Counted from the first letter of the stretch, positions 11,622 to 21,230 are shown. The stretch is DNA of 64,000 nucleotides from Alphaproteobacteria bacterium (GCA_965267185.1 OZ253937.1:3558064-3622063), one strand, 5' to 3'. Notes: generated from the letters alone by a model not told the origin. Made by a program: numbers and translations.

Positions 11622-12416
11622 ATGGACTCGACCCCAAAGGCTGCGCCGCCCGCATACCAACAGATAGAGGTAGACGGCTGTCACCTTGAATACTATTGGA
11701 CGCGGCCGCCGGCCGATGGTGAGACCGTTCTGGTCTTTTTGCACGAGGGGCTGGGCTCGGCCTCGCTGTGGCGGGACTTCCCGGCCGCTGTCGCGAATAA
11801 CACCGGATATCCCGCGCTGGTGTATTCGCGCTACGGATATGGTGGATCGGACGTTCTCCGCGCTCCACGAGGCGTCGACTATATGCATCGAGAAGCGCTC
11901 GACGTACTACCGACTCTGTGCGCCGAACTGGGAATCGAGAACCCTGTGCTGGTTGGCCACAGTGATGGGGCGTCGATTGCGTTGATCCATGCCGGCGCCG
12001 GCAGATGGCCGGTACGTGCACTAGTGCTGGAGGCGGCGCATGTTTTTGTCGAGGATGTAAGTATCAGCAGTATCGAGGCAGCCAAGACGGCTTACAACAC
12101 GACCGACTTGCCGCAGAAGCTGGCGCGCCATCACGCCGATGCGGATAAAACCTTTTTCGGCTGGAACGATATCTGGCTCGATCCTGCCTTCCGCACTTGG
12201 AATATCGAGAACTATCTAGCGGCGATCGCTTGCCCGACCCTGGTGATTCAAGGCGAGGACGACGAGTACGGTACCGCCGATCAGGTCACGGCAATTCGTG
12301 ATCAGGTCACCGGGCCGGTCGAAATCCATATGCTGGCCGCGTGCGGTCACTCGCCCCATCGCGATCAGCCGGCGCGCACACTCGATGCCACCGTTGCGTT
12401 CTTGAAAACCCTCTAA
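11622..12416 (+). CDS. Alpha/beta-fold hydrolase
   Basis: Nucleophile elbow GHSDG, HEGLG oxyanion region, catalytic His near the C-terminus; divergent from boxC. Confidence 0.8.
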   Translation: MDSTPKAAPPAYQQIEVDGCHLEYYWTRPPADGETVLVFLHEGLGSASLWRDFPAAVANNTGYPALVYSRYGYGGSDVLRAPRGVDYMHREALDVLPTLCAELGIENPVLVGHSDGASIALIHAGAGRWPVRALVLEAAHVFVEDVSISSIEAAKTAYNTTDLPQKLARHHADADKTFFGWNDIWLDPAFRTWNIENYLAAIACPTLVIQGEDDEYGTADQVTAIRDQVTGPVEIHMLAACGHSPHRDQPARTLDATVAFLKTL

Positions 12417-13336
12417 GCCGCGTCGACGCCCGGCGCAGTGTGCTGCAACTCTGCCACCGGCCAGCCCGCTCGAGTGGCACCGGCCTGGTATGCCGATTCG
12501 AAAAAGCTGAGGAGATCGCGCCGCGGGTCGTCGGCGGCGCGCAAATCGGCATACTTCAGGATCGCCATCGCATTGCCGTTGCTGACATTCCAAAATGCCG
12601 CCGCCGGAGCAAGGTCCGCTTCAGCTAATCCGGCTGGCTCCGGGTGCGTGTAGGAATAAAAGGCCGCTTCGGGCAGCTTATCGTCGCCTGGCCAAAAGCC
12701 GAAGCTGACGACTTCGTGCGAGTATGCTTCGCGGTCGGCTTGAGTACCGCTTGTCATTGGCGGCGCAGCGCGGCCGGAAAACCGCGTCAGTGCCAAATCG
12801 AAACTATGCCAGAAAAGGTGCGGCGGTGTTTGCTTGCCAATGAACCGGCCAGCGAAGGTCTTCATGATGCCGTCGACCCACGACAGGATACGCCAGTAGC
12901 GCTCAATGGCGTCGGCGTCCCAAGCGGCGTGCTCGGTGTCCTCGGCGAACGGAACCGCGCTTTTGTGGTCGTACGGCCGACCGACGATGGCAACTTCGAC
13001 GCCGCACCGCGTAAGAGCTGCGAACAGCTCGTCGTTGAAATGACAAACAGGACCGGCACCGAGCTCGATCGATTTCAGTCTGCCGTCGCTGGTCGTTACA
13101 GTGAGGATATTGTCGAGGAAGTTGAACGCGATCTCGATGTTGCCGCCGCGCCACGGTATTGTCCCGGTGGTCAGTCCGCGCGGAGATACATATAGCGGCA
13201 CGTGCCACCAGTGATGTTGCTTGGGGTACAGCGCCATGCGAACTTTGCCGACGATCTGGCAGCAAAGATGTAGCGTTTCTTTGGTATCCGCCCAACCTTC
13301 GAGAGGTAAAGCGGGAAGGTCATTTAGGTTAGCCAT
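12413..13336 (-). CDS. Conserved hypothetical protein (DUF5996-like, Ava_C0101-type)
   Basis: 307-aa ORF with conserved ...VRMALYPKQHHWWHVPLYV... segment; start ambiguous between GTG 13348 and ATG 13336. Confidence 0.55.
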   Translation of the reverse strand: MANLNDLPALPLEGWADTKETLHLCCQIVGKVRMALYPKQHHWWHVPLYVSPRGLTTGTIPWRGGNIEIAFNFLDNILTVTTSDGRLKSIELGAGPVCHFNDELFAALTRCGVEVAIVGRPYDHKSAVPFAEDTEHAAWDADAIERYWRILSWVDGIMKTFAGRFIGKQTPPHLFWHSFDLALTRFSGRAAPPMTSGTQADREAYSHEVVSFGFWPGDDKLPEAAFYSYTHPEPAGLAEADLAPAAAFWNVSNGNAMAILKYADLRAADDPRRDLLSFFESAYQAGATRAGWPVAELQHTAPGVDAA

Positions 13337-13531
13337 CGATGAACGCACTCTCTCCTGTCGCCAAAATCCGGTGAGGTCTAGCGATAGGAATTAGGTGTCA
13401 ATCGGGTGATGGCAACAGCGGGCGGGCGGTCCAAATCTTGCGCGTAATCGTCGCATTCGTAAAAAATCTCTAGGTATTGCTCGCTCGAAACTGACACATT
13501 GGGTTTTGGGCAATGATGTGCGGGGAGAGGC

Positions 13532-14866
13532 ATGAGCGAGACCTACGATCTTGTTGTGAAGGGCGGTACCGTTTGGACGACCGGTGGACCGGCCGAGGTG
13601 GATGTTGGCGTGCGTGACGGCCGCATCGCCGATATTGGTGCGATCGACGCCGGCGCGGCGGGCGAAGTCGTCGATGCGGCGGGCCTTGTCGTGTTGCCCG
13701 GCGTGGTCGATACCCAAGTGCATTTCCGTGAGCCGGGCAACGAGCACAAGGAAGATCTCGAGAGCGGCACCCGCTCCGCCGCGCTCGGCGGAGTGACGGC
13801 GTTGTTCGAGATGCCCAACACCAACCCCTCGACGACCACGCCCGAGGCATTGCAGGACAAGCTCGACCGCGCTGCCGGGCGCGCCTGGACCGACCACGCC
13901 TTTTTTGTTGGCGCATCGCCGGAAAACGCCGAGCAACTGGGCGAGTTGGAGGTGCTGCCGGGCTGCTGCGGCGTCAAGATGTTCATGGGCAGCTCAACCG
14001 GGAACCTGCTGGTCGCCGACGACGAAAACGTGCGCCGTGTCTTGGCCTCGGGCCGCCGCCGGATGTCGGTTCATTCGGAAGACGAGCCGCGCTTGCTGGC
14101 GCGCCAGGACGAACGCGTCGAGGGCGATCCTGCCTCCCACCCCGTGTGGCGCGACGAAGAAACCGCGATCACCTCGACGAAGCGGTTGCTCAAGCTAGCG
14201 CGAGAAACCGGCCGGCGGGTGCATGTGTTGCATGTGACGACGGCGGACGAAGTGGCGCTGTTGGCCGATGCCAAAGATATCGCCACCTGCGAGGTGACAC
14301 CCCAGCACCTGACCTTGGTCGCACCCGACTGCTACGAGCGCCTCGGCACCTATGCGCAAATGAACCCGCCGATCCGCGGCCAGCACCATAATGATGGCCT
14401 GTGGGCCGGGGTGCGCGCCGGCGTGTTCGATGTGGTTGGCTCTGACCACGCACCGCACACGGCTGAGGAGAAGGCGGCGCCCTATCCCGCCTCGCCGTCG
14501 GGCATGCCCGGCGTGCAAACGCAGTTGCCGCTCTTGCTCAACCACGTCAACGCCGGCCGGCTTACCCTGGCGCGGCTGATTGATCTGGTGTGCTCCGGGC
14601 CCGCCCGCATCTTCGGCATCGCGGGCAAGGGCCGCATTGCCTTGGGCTTTGATGCCGACTTCACCTTGGTCGATTTAAAGGCGACGCGCGAGATCACTAC
14701 CGACTGGCTCGCGGCGAAATGCGGCTGGTCGCCGTTCGAGGGCATGAGCATCACCGGTTGGCCGATGGGCACGATCATCCGCGGTAATGTGGTGATGCGC
14801 GATGGTGAGCTTGCCGACGCGCCTATTGGCGTGCCGGTGCGGTTCCAGGAGACGCTAGGGAACTAG
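13532..14866 (+). CDS. Dihydroorotase-like cyclic amidohydrolase (type I DHOase / allantoinase fold) with atypical metal site
   Basis: 444 aa; amidohydrolase motifs VDTQVHFREPG, FEMPNTNP, SVHSED, HVLHVTT, GSDHAPHT; the canonical D-x-H-x-H appears as D-T-Q-V-H. Confidence 0.8.
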   Translation: MSETYDLVVKGGTVWTTGGPAEVDVGVRDGRIADIGAIDAGAAGEVVDAAGLVVLPGVVDTQVHFREPGNEHKEDLESGTRSAALGGVTALFEMPNTNPSTTTPEALQDKLDRAAGRAWTDHAFFVGASPENAEQLGELEVLPGCCGVKMFMGSSTGNLLVADDENVRRVLASGRRRMSVHSEDEPRLLARQDERVEGDPASHPVWRDEETAITSTKRLLKLARETGRRVHVLHVTTADEVALLADAKDIATCEVTPQHLTLVAPDCYERLGTYAQMNPPIRGQHHNDGLWAGVRAGVFDVVGSDHAPHTAEEKAAPYPASPSGMPGVQTQLPLLLNHVNAGRLTLARLIDLVCSGPARIFGIAGKGRIALGFDADFTLVDLKATREITTDWLAAKCGWSPFEGMSITGWPMGTIIRGNVVMRDGELADAPIGVPVRFQETLGN

Positions 14867-14874
14867 TTCGCCGG

Positions 14875-15381
14875 CTACAACTTCGTCGGGTTGGGGGCGT
14901 CGCCGTAAACTTCCTTGGGGTCGAAGACTTTCTCTGTCTCTTCGAAGTTGAGCGTGGCGGGCGCATCTACTTTCGCGCCCACTGGTACCGAGCGGAAAAA
15001 GCACGAACGATAGCCGACATGGCAGCTGGCGCCGCCTTGCACGTCGGCGCGCAGCCACACGGCGTCCTGGTCGTCATCGATACGGATCTCGACGATTTTC
15101 TGGATCAGGCCGCTGGTGGCACCCTTGTGCCACAGGGCTTGGCGCGAGCGGCTCCAATAGTGCGCCTCGCCGGTCTGAATGGTCTTTTCCAGCGCTTCGG
15201 CATTCATGTAGCCGTGCATAAGCACCTCGCCGCTCTCGGCGTCGGTGGTAACGACCGGAAGCAGGCCGTTTTCGTCGAATTTAGGCGCGAGTTCGCTGCC
15301 TTCCTCGACCTGCTCTATCGATTCGCGCGGCGCGAATAGGGCCGAGCCCGGGGTGTTCGTTTGAGAGCGCTGATCCGCCAT
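14875..15381 (-). CDS. hisI: Phosphoribosyl-AMP cyclohydrolase
   Basis: Core [41 protein letters not shown]...[15 protein letters not shown]; the conserved DCD motif reads DDD. Confidence 0.8.
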   Translation of the reverse strand: MADQRSQTNTPGSALFAPRESIEQVEEGSELAPKFDENGLLPVVTTDAESGEVLMHGYMNAEALEKTIQTGEAHYWSRSRQALWHKGATSGLIQKIVEIRIDDDQDAVWLRADVQGGASCHVGYRSCFFRSVPVGAKVDAPATLNFEETEKVFDPKEVYGDAPNPTKL

Positions 15382-15500
15382 ATCGGTTGTCCTTCCAAGA
15401 GCGCCGTGCTTGCCTGCCTGCGGCGCCCGTTTGGGCGTGTTATAAGGGTCGCGGGGCGCCGGATGTCAAGCCGGTGGACCCTGCTAAGGAGATCTCGCCG

Positions 15501-16604
15501 GTGGCCGAAACCGCCCAAAAACCGCCTGAGGAGGCCCTTCCCGTCTCGCTGCTCACCGGATTTCTGGGCAGCGGCAAGACGACGGTGCTGAATTATTTGC
15601 TGCAGCAGCCCGAGATGGCCAATACCGCCGTGATCATGAACGAATTCGGCGAAATCGGGCTCGATCATGAGCTGGTTGTTGGCGGCAAAGAAGATATGGT
15701 GCTGCTCAACAGCGGCTGCCTGTGTTGTACCGTCCGTGGCGATCTGGTGAACACGTTGCGCGACTTGATGATGGTTCGGATGCGCGGCGACGTGCCGCCT
15801 TTCGAGCGGGTAGTGGTCGAAACGACCGGTTTGGCCGACCCGGCGCCGATCCTGCACACGTTGATGGGCGACGATCTAACAGCGCGCTATTACCGGCTGG
15901 ATGGGGTTATCACCACCGTCGATGCAGTGAATGGTGCCACGACCCTCGATGATCAGTTCGAATCGGTGAAGCAGGCGGCGGTTGCCGACCGGCTGTTGAT
16001 TACCAAGACCGATCTCGCCGACGAGGCGGCTGTCACGGCGCTGGAAAAACGCCTCGCGGAGATTAATCCGGCGGCTCCCCGCGTGCGCGTTGTCGATGGC
16101 GCGGTTGCGCCTGACGATTTGTTCAACGCAGGCTTGTACGACCCGGCGACAAAAATTCCCGATGTCGAAAAGTGGCTCAAAGAGGAAGCTTACACCGACC
16201 AGGCGGCGCACGACCATCACGGGCACAGTCACGACGCCCATGACGTGAACCGCCATGATGACAGCATCCGCGCGTTTTGCTTTACCCATGACGCGCCGGT
16301 GCGTCTCGACGCGGTGGAGCAATGGTTCGATCTGGTTATGCTGTTGAAGGGGCCCGATCTGCTTCGCGTGAAGGGCATCGTCAATGTCCTTGGCATCGAG
16401 GGACCAGTGGTGATCCACGGCGTCCAGCACGTGTTCCACCCACCCGCGGTCCTCGAAGCTTGGCCGTCGGACGATCGGCGCACGCGAATTGTGTTCATTA
16501 CCCGCGACGTTGACCGCCAAATGCTGGAAGACACGTTCAAAACCTTTACCGACCGGGCGGATAAGCTGGCCGCCGCTGAAGCCCGGATGAACCCCAACAG
16601 GTAG
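15501..16604 (+). CDS. COG0523 / CobW-family GTPase metallochaperone (ZigA/YciC-like)
   Basis: P-loop GFLGSGKTT, CxCC motif GCLCCTV, His-rich HDHHGHSHDAHDVNRHDD linker, CobW C-terminal domain; GTG start inferred from AAGGAG RBS at 15486-15491; the listed ORF extends to 15387. Confidence 0.75.
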   Translation: MAETAQKPPEEALPVSLLTGFLGSGKTTVLNYLLQQPEMANTAVIMNEFGEIGLDHELVVGGKEDMVLLNSGCLCCTVRGDLVNTLRDLMMVRMRGDVPPFERVVVETTGLADPAPILHTLMGDDLTARYYRLDGVITTVDAVNGATTLDDQFESVKQAAVADRLLITKTDLADEAAVTALEKRLAEINPAAPRVRVVDGAVAPDDLFNAGLYDPATKIPDVEKWLKEEAYTDQAAHDHHGHSHDAHDVNRHDDSIRAFCFTHDAPVRLDAVEQWFDLVMLLKGPDLLRVKGIVNVLGIEGPVVIHGVQHVFHPPAVLEAWPSDDRRTRIVFITRDVDRQMLEDTFKTFTDRADKLAAAEARMNPNR

Positions 16605-16611
16605 CTTGTTT

Positions 16612-17391
16612 ATGACCGACACGATCTTGGTCGAACGGCGCGACGATATCGCCGTCGTCACGCTGAACCGGCCGGAGAAACGCAACGCCCTGCGGCAGGA
16701 AGATTGGGCAGCCGTTGCCGATACCCTCGACATGCTTGGCGAGGACGACGCGTTGCGTTGCGTCGTTTTGCGTGGCGCGGGCAATGAAGCATTTTGCGCC
16801 GGCGCGGATATCAGCGGCTTCGAGGCCGAGCGATCCACGCGCGACAAAGTGCGCAACTATGAAGAGGTCACCGGGCGGGCCTTCGCCGCCGCGCAGACTT
16901 GCCGGCATCCGGTGATCGCCATGGTACATGGCTTTTGCCTCGGCGGTGGCTTCGAGTTGGCGCTGGGGTGCGACCTGAGAATCTCCGGCATGTCGGGCCG
17001 CTTCGGCATCCCTGCCAAGAATGTGGGGTTGTTCCTCTCCTACAGCCTGCTGGAGCTTTTGATCGATGCGGGCGGCAAGGCGATTGCCAAGGAAATATTG
17101 CTCGAAGGCCGGGCGTTGCCGGCGCTTGAGGCGCAGGCGAAGAATCTGATCACACGGGTGGTCGACGATGACGGCCTCGAAGAAGAGGTCATGGGCGCGG
17201 CGCGGCGGATCGCCGACGGTGCGCCCTTGTCTGCGCGCTGGCACCGCGACGCCGTCCGGCGCATTTCCCGGCCCGGGCCCTACAGCGCGGCGGAGCTGGA
17301 GGCCCAATTCGACTATGCCGACAGCGACGACTACAAGGCGGGCTATCAAGCGTTTCTCGACGGCAAGAAGCCGGTGTTCAAGGGCCGCTGA
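16612..17391 (+). CDS. Enoyl-CoA hydratase/isomerase (crotonase) family protein
   Basis: Oxyanion hole ...FCAGADI... and ...GFCLGGGFELAL... motifs. Confidence 0.85.
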   Translation: MTDTILVERRDDIAVVTLNRPEKRNALRQEDWAAVADTLDMLGEDDALRCVVLRGAGNEAFCAGADISGFEAERSTRDKVRNYEEVTGRAFAAAQTCRHPVIAMVHGFCLGGGFELALGCDLRISGMSGRFGIPAKNVGLFLSYSLLELLIDAGGKAIAKEILLEGRALPALEAQAKNLITRVVDDDGLEEEVMGAARRIADGAPLSARWHRDAVRRISRPGPYSAAELEAQFDYADSDDYKAGYQAFLDGKKPVFKGR

Positions 17392-17394
17392 TCC

Positions 17395-18621
17395 ATGGTT
17401 GCGGGCGAACAACGCGGGCCCGGACCCCTTGCCGGCATGAAAGTGCTGGAATCGGCCGCCGTCGTGGCCGGGCCCTATTGCGCGCTGATGCTGGCCGATC
17501 TCGGGGCCGACGTGATCAAGCTGGAACGCTACCCCGCCGGCGACGACAGCCGCAACATGGTACCGCCGGAGCAGAACGGCGAGGCGCCGCCCTATCTCAT
17601 GCTCAACCGCAACAAGCGGGGGGTGGTAATCGACATCCGCACGGCGGCCGGCCAGAATATTTTCCGCCGGCTGGCGCGCGACACCGACGTCATTGTCGAG
17701 AACTACCGTAAGGGCGTTATGGATCGCCTCGGCATCGGCTATGACGATCTGCGCAAGGACAATCCGGGGCTGATCTATTGTGCGATCTCGGGCTTCGGGC
17801 GCAGCGGGCCTTACGCGGAGCGCGGCGGTTACGATTTGATCGCCCAGGGCATGAGCGGGCTTATGAGCATCACCGGCGAAGGACCGGGCCGTCCGCCGGT
17901 TAAGGTCGGCGGCGCGATCACCGACTGGGGCGCGGGCCTGATGGCGACAATCGGTATAGTTTCGGCTTATGCCCACCGGTTGCAGACCGGCGAGGGGCAG
18001 TTCATCGATACCTCGCTGTTCGAGGCCGGGATCGCCGCGACGTTTCATCAAAGCGCCATGACATTGGCGAGCGGCGTCTCGCCGGGGCCGATGGGCTCGG
18101 CCCATCCATTGGGGGCGCCGTATCAAGCGTTTCGGACCGCCGATGGCTGGCTCAATGTGGGCGCGGGCACGCAGGCCATGTGGCCGCGTTTGGCCCAGGT
18201 CCTCGAGGTGCCGGAATTGGCCGACGATGCGCGGTTTCGCACCGTCGCCGACCGTATGAATAATCTCGAAGAACTGATTGCGTTGCTTGAGCCGTTGTTT
18301 GCGGAATTCACTATCGAGGAATTGCTGACCAAGTTCGAAGAGGTCGGGTTGCCAGGCGGTCCGGTGTACTCCATCGGCGAGATGCACCAAGACCCGCAGG
18401 CCCTTGCGCGCGACATGCTGATCGATGTGCCCCACAGCCGGTTGGGCAGTGTCAAAACCTTGGGAACGCCGGTCAAGTTCAGCGGGACGCCAACCGAGCT
18501 ACGCCGTGGCGCGCCTTTACTGGGCGAGCACACTGTCGAAGTTCTGCACGAACTCGGCTATGGGGACGACGATATTGCCACTTTCGTCGAAGACGGCACG
18601 GTGGTGGTTGCCGATGGCTGA
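17395..18621 (+). CDS. CoA-transferase family III (CaiB/BaiF) protein
   Basis: N-terminus GPLAGMKVLE..AGPYCALMLADLGADVIK and conserved Asp region. Confidence 0.85.
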   Translation: MVAGEQRGPGPLAGMKVLESAAVVAGPYCALMLADLGADVIKLERYPAGDDSRNMVPPEQNGEAPPYLMLNRNKRGVVIDIRTAAGQNIFRRLARDTDVIVENYRKGVMDRLGIGYDDLRKDNPGLIYCAISGFGRSGPYAERGGYDLIAQGMSGLMSITGEGPGRPPVKVGGAITDWGAGLMATIGIVSAYAHRLQTGEGQFIDTSLFEAGIAATFHQSAMTLASGVSPGPMGSAHPLGAPYQAFRTADGWLNVGAGTQAMWPRLAQVLEVPELADDARFRTVADRMNNLEELIALLEPLFAEFTIEELLTKFEEVGLPGGPVYSIGEMHQDPQALARDMLIDVPHSRLGSVKTLGTPVKFSGTPTELRRGAPLLGEHTVEVLHELGYGDDDIATFVEDGTVVVADG

Positions 18622-18642
18622 TCGACGGGCGATATAGCGGCA

Positions 18643-19899
18643 ATGGTTCAGGCGAATAATATCCCCACGGCTGGCGCTGCGGCACCGACCTTTAGCCGGT
18701 TTGCGATTCGCATTTTCCTGCCGTTCGCGCTCGGCTACTTCCTGTCCTACCTCTACCGCACGGTGAACGCGGTTATCGGCCCCACCTTGGTCGATGAGCT
18801 GGGGTTGAGCGCCGGCGGACTGGGGCTGCTCACCAGCGCTTATTTCATTGCCTTTGCCGCCGCGCAGTTGCCGGTTGGGTTTTTCCTCGACAGTCATGGG
18901 CCGCGGCGCACCGATGCGTCACTGCTTGTCGTTGCGGCGGCCGGTGCGTTTGTGTTCAGCATCGGTGATGGCTTGTGGAGCTTGGTCTTCGGCCGCGCCC
19001 TCATCGGACTTGGCGTCGCCGCCTGCCTGATGGCGTCGTTTAAAGCGATGGTCGAATGGCTGCCGCGCGACAAGCTGCCACTTGCTAACGGTTTCATCAT
19101 GGCGAGCGGCGGATTGGGCGCCATTGCGGCCACAGCGCCGACCGAGTTTCTGGTCTCCGAAGTCGGTTGGCGCTACGGCTTCGTTGCGCTCGCGCTTGCC
19201 ACGCTCGCGGTCGCGTTCATCTTGTGGAGCATCGTTCCTGAGCGCGCGCGGGAAACCGGGGGCGACAGCGTCGCCGCGCGGATTGGCGGTCTGAGAGAAA
19301 TTTACGGCAGCCGCGCCTTCTGGCGGATTGCCCCGATTACCGCACTGTCGCAAGGCACTTTTCTCGCCATACAAACCCTGTGGGCGGGTCCCTGGTTGCG
19401 CGATATCGCCGGGCTCGACTCGGTCGCCGTGAGTTTCACGCTGCTCTACGGCGCGATTGGGTTTGTCATCGGCAACATTGTCATCGGCGCCGTCGCGGTG
19501 CGGCTGAGTCAGCGCGGCGTCGCTCCCATCGTCGTCACGGGCGTTGGGATGGCGCTGTTCATGCTGGTGCAGCTACTGGTGATCGGCGGTTGGACTGCCG
19601 CGCCGCCGGTATTGTGGTTTGTCTTCGGCATGTTGGGCACGATCGGCGTGCTGAGCTTTGCAGTCGTATCGCAGGAGTTTCCCGATCATTTGACCGGCCG
19701 CGCCAGCACGGGCGTGAATATGATGGTTTTCGGCATGGCATTCGCACTGCAATGGGGTATGGGCGAAATTATTAACCTGTGGCCTGCCACGGCCGATGGT
19801 GGCTATGCCGCGCCCGGCTATCAGGCAGCGTTTACGACCGCGCTGATTTTGCAGGCCATCGCGCTGGTCTGGATGGTTGTCGGCCGCCGCCGGCGTTAG
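18643..19899 (+). CDS. MFS transporter
   Basis: 418 aa with ~12 TM helices and MFS motif-A-like loop. Confidence 0.8.
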   Translation: MVQANNIPTAGAAAPTFSRFAIRIFLPFALGYFLSYLYRTVNAVIGPTLVDELGLSAGGLGLLTSAYFIAFAAAQLPVGFFLDSHGPRRTDASLLVVAAAGAFVFSIGDGLWSLVFGRALIGLGVAACLMASFKAMVEWLPRDKLPLANGFIMASGGLGAIAATAPTEFLVSEVGWRYGFVALALATLAVAFILWSIVPERARETGGDSVAARIGGLREIYGSRAFWRIAPITALSQGTFLAIQTLWAGPWLRDIAGLDSVAVSFTLLYGAIGFVIGNIVIGAVAVRLSQRGVAPIVVTGVGMALFMLVQLLVIGGWTAAPPVLWFVFGMLGTIGVLSFAVVSQEFPDHLTGRASTGVNMMVFGMAFALQWGMGEIINLWPATADGGYAAPGYQAAFTTALILQAIALVWMVVGRRRR

Positions 19900-19907
19900 C
19901 GAGCGCG

Positions 19908-21131
19908 TTAGGACGCGGCGTCGCAGGCGATGGGGAGTTCGCTGACGCCGCGCAGCACCAGGGAATCGTGCCATGGCGGATCGGGGTCGAGCAGCTCGAT
20001 ATTCCGTAGCTTGCGCACCAACGCCGAAAGGCCGATTTCACCCTCCAAGCGGGCCAGCGGGGCTCCCAGACAGAAATGGATGCCGTAACCGAATACGATG
20101 TGGCGGTTTTCGGTGCGGTGGATGTCGAAGCGGTGCGGGTTGTCGAAACGCCTCGGGTCGCGGTTGGCCGCGTGGATCATCGAAAACACGCGATCGCCCC
20201 GCGCGATAGTGCGCCCGCCGAGCTCTAGATCTTCCACGGCGACGCGCGTCGTCGTGCCGATCGGTCCGTCGTAGCGCAGGATTTCCTCGATGGCACCTGC
20301 CGCCAGCGTGGGGTCGTCGGCGAGTTCGGCGAATTGGTCGGGATGGCGCAGCAGCGCCAGCAACCCGTTGCCGAACAGGTTGGTCGTGGTTTCATGACCG
20401 GCGAACAGCAACAGCACGCAATTGGAGACAAGCTCGGCTTCCGATAGTGCATCTTCTCCCTCTCGGGCCTCGATCATGTGGTCGATGATGGTTTGATCGG
20501 CCACGGGATGACGGCGGCGATGGGCGATGACCTCGCTGAAGTACGCGGTCATCTCTTTGGTGCTGCGCTCGGCCCGTTCGCGTTTGTCGGGGGTTGCCTG
20601 CGCGCTGCCGACAAAGGTCGCCAAATCGTCGGACCAGGATTTGAACAAATCGAGGTCGCTGTCGGGTACGCCCACCATGCCCGCGATCACGGTCGCCGGC
20701 AGGGGATAGGCGAAGCCCGAGATGAAGTTGGGATCGTCGGATGCTGCGAACTCATCGAGCAGGCGCTCGACAATGTCGATAATGCGTGGCCGCAGCGCCG
20801 CCAGGGCGCTGCTGGTGAACGCCTTATTCATCAAGGCGCGCAGACGAGTATGCAGCGGCGGGTCGACGAATACCGCCCAGCGCCCCAGCATCGCCCCCAC
20901 CTCGGCGACCGCGGCACGTTCGTCGGGTGGCAAATGGTCGAGAAATGGCGTGATGCGATCGGCCGACAGGCGCGGATCGTTCAACGCGGTGCGCACATCG
21001 TCATAGCGGGTGATGACCCAGGCGTTGAGGTCGTCCGACCAGTGCACGGGGTCCTCGTCCTGCAAACGCTGCAGAACCGGATAGGGGTTGGCGGCCATCG
21101 CGGGGTCGCTCGGATTGAATTCCACCTGCAT
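19908..21131 (-). CDS. Cytochrome P450
   Basis: Heme-binding loop FGYGIHFCLGAPLA, EILRY (ExxR), AGHETT I-helix. Confidence 0.85.
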   Translation of the reverse strand: MQVEFNPSDPAMAANPYPVLQRLQDEDPVHWSDDLNAWVITRYDDVRTALNDPRLSADRITPFLDHLPPDERAAVAEVGAMLGRWAVFVDPPLHTRLRALMNKAFTSSALAALRPRIIDIVERLLDEFAASDDPNFISGFAYPLPATVIAGMVGVPDSDLDLFKSWSDDLATFVGSAQATPDKRERAERSTKEMTAYFSEVIAHRRRHPVADQTIIDHMIEAREGEDALSEAELVSNCVLLLFAGHETTTNLFGNGLLALLRHPDQFAELADDPTLAAGAIEEILRYDGPIGTTTRVAVEDLELGGRTIARGDRVFSMIHAANRDPRRFDNPHRFDIHRTENRHIVFGYGIHFCLGAPLARLEGEIGLSALVRKLRNIELLDPDPPWHDSLVLRGVSELPIACDAAS

Positions 21132-21230
21132 GACGGGTCCGCGTTTCGACGTTCCGATCTGGAAATATTAGCGCACTCAAGCGTTTGGCACGATGCTACG
21201 TTTGGGGCAGTGGAACGCGCTGAGGCGGTC

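Noticed and set aside
15382-15500. Zur box in the hisI / COG0523 divergent promoter.
   Set aside because: Only a degenerate half-site (GTGTTATAA) is present and no full palindrome. It is insufficient to annotate as a regulatory feature.
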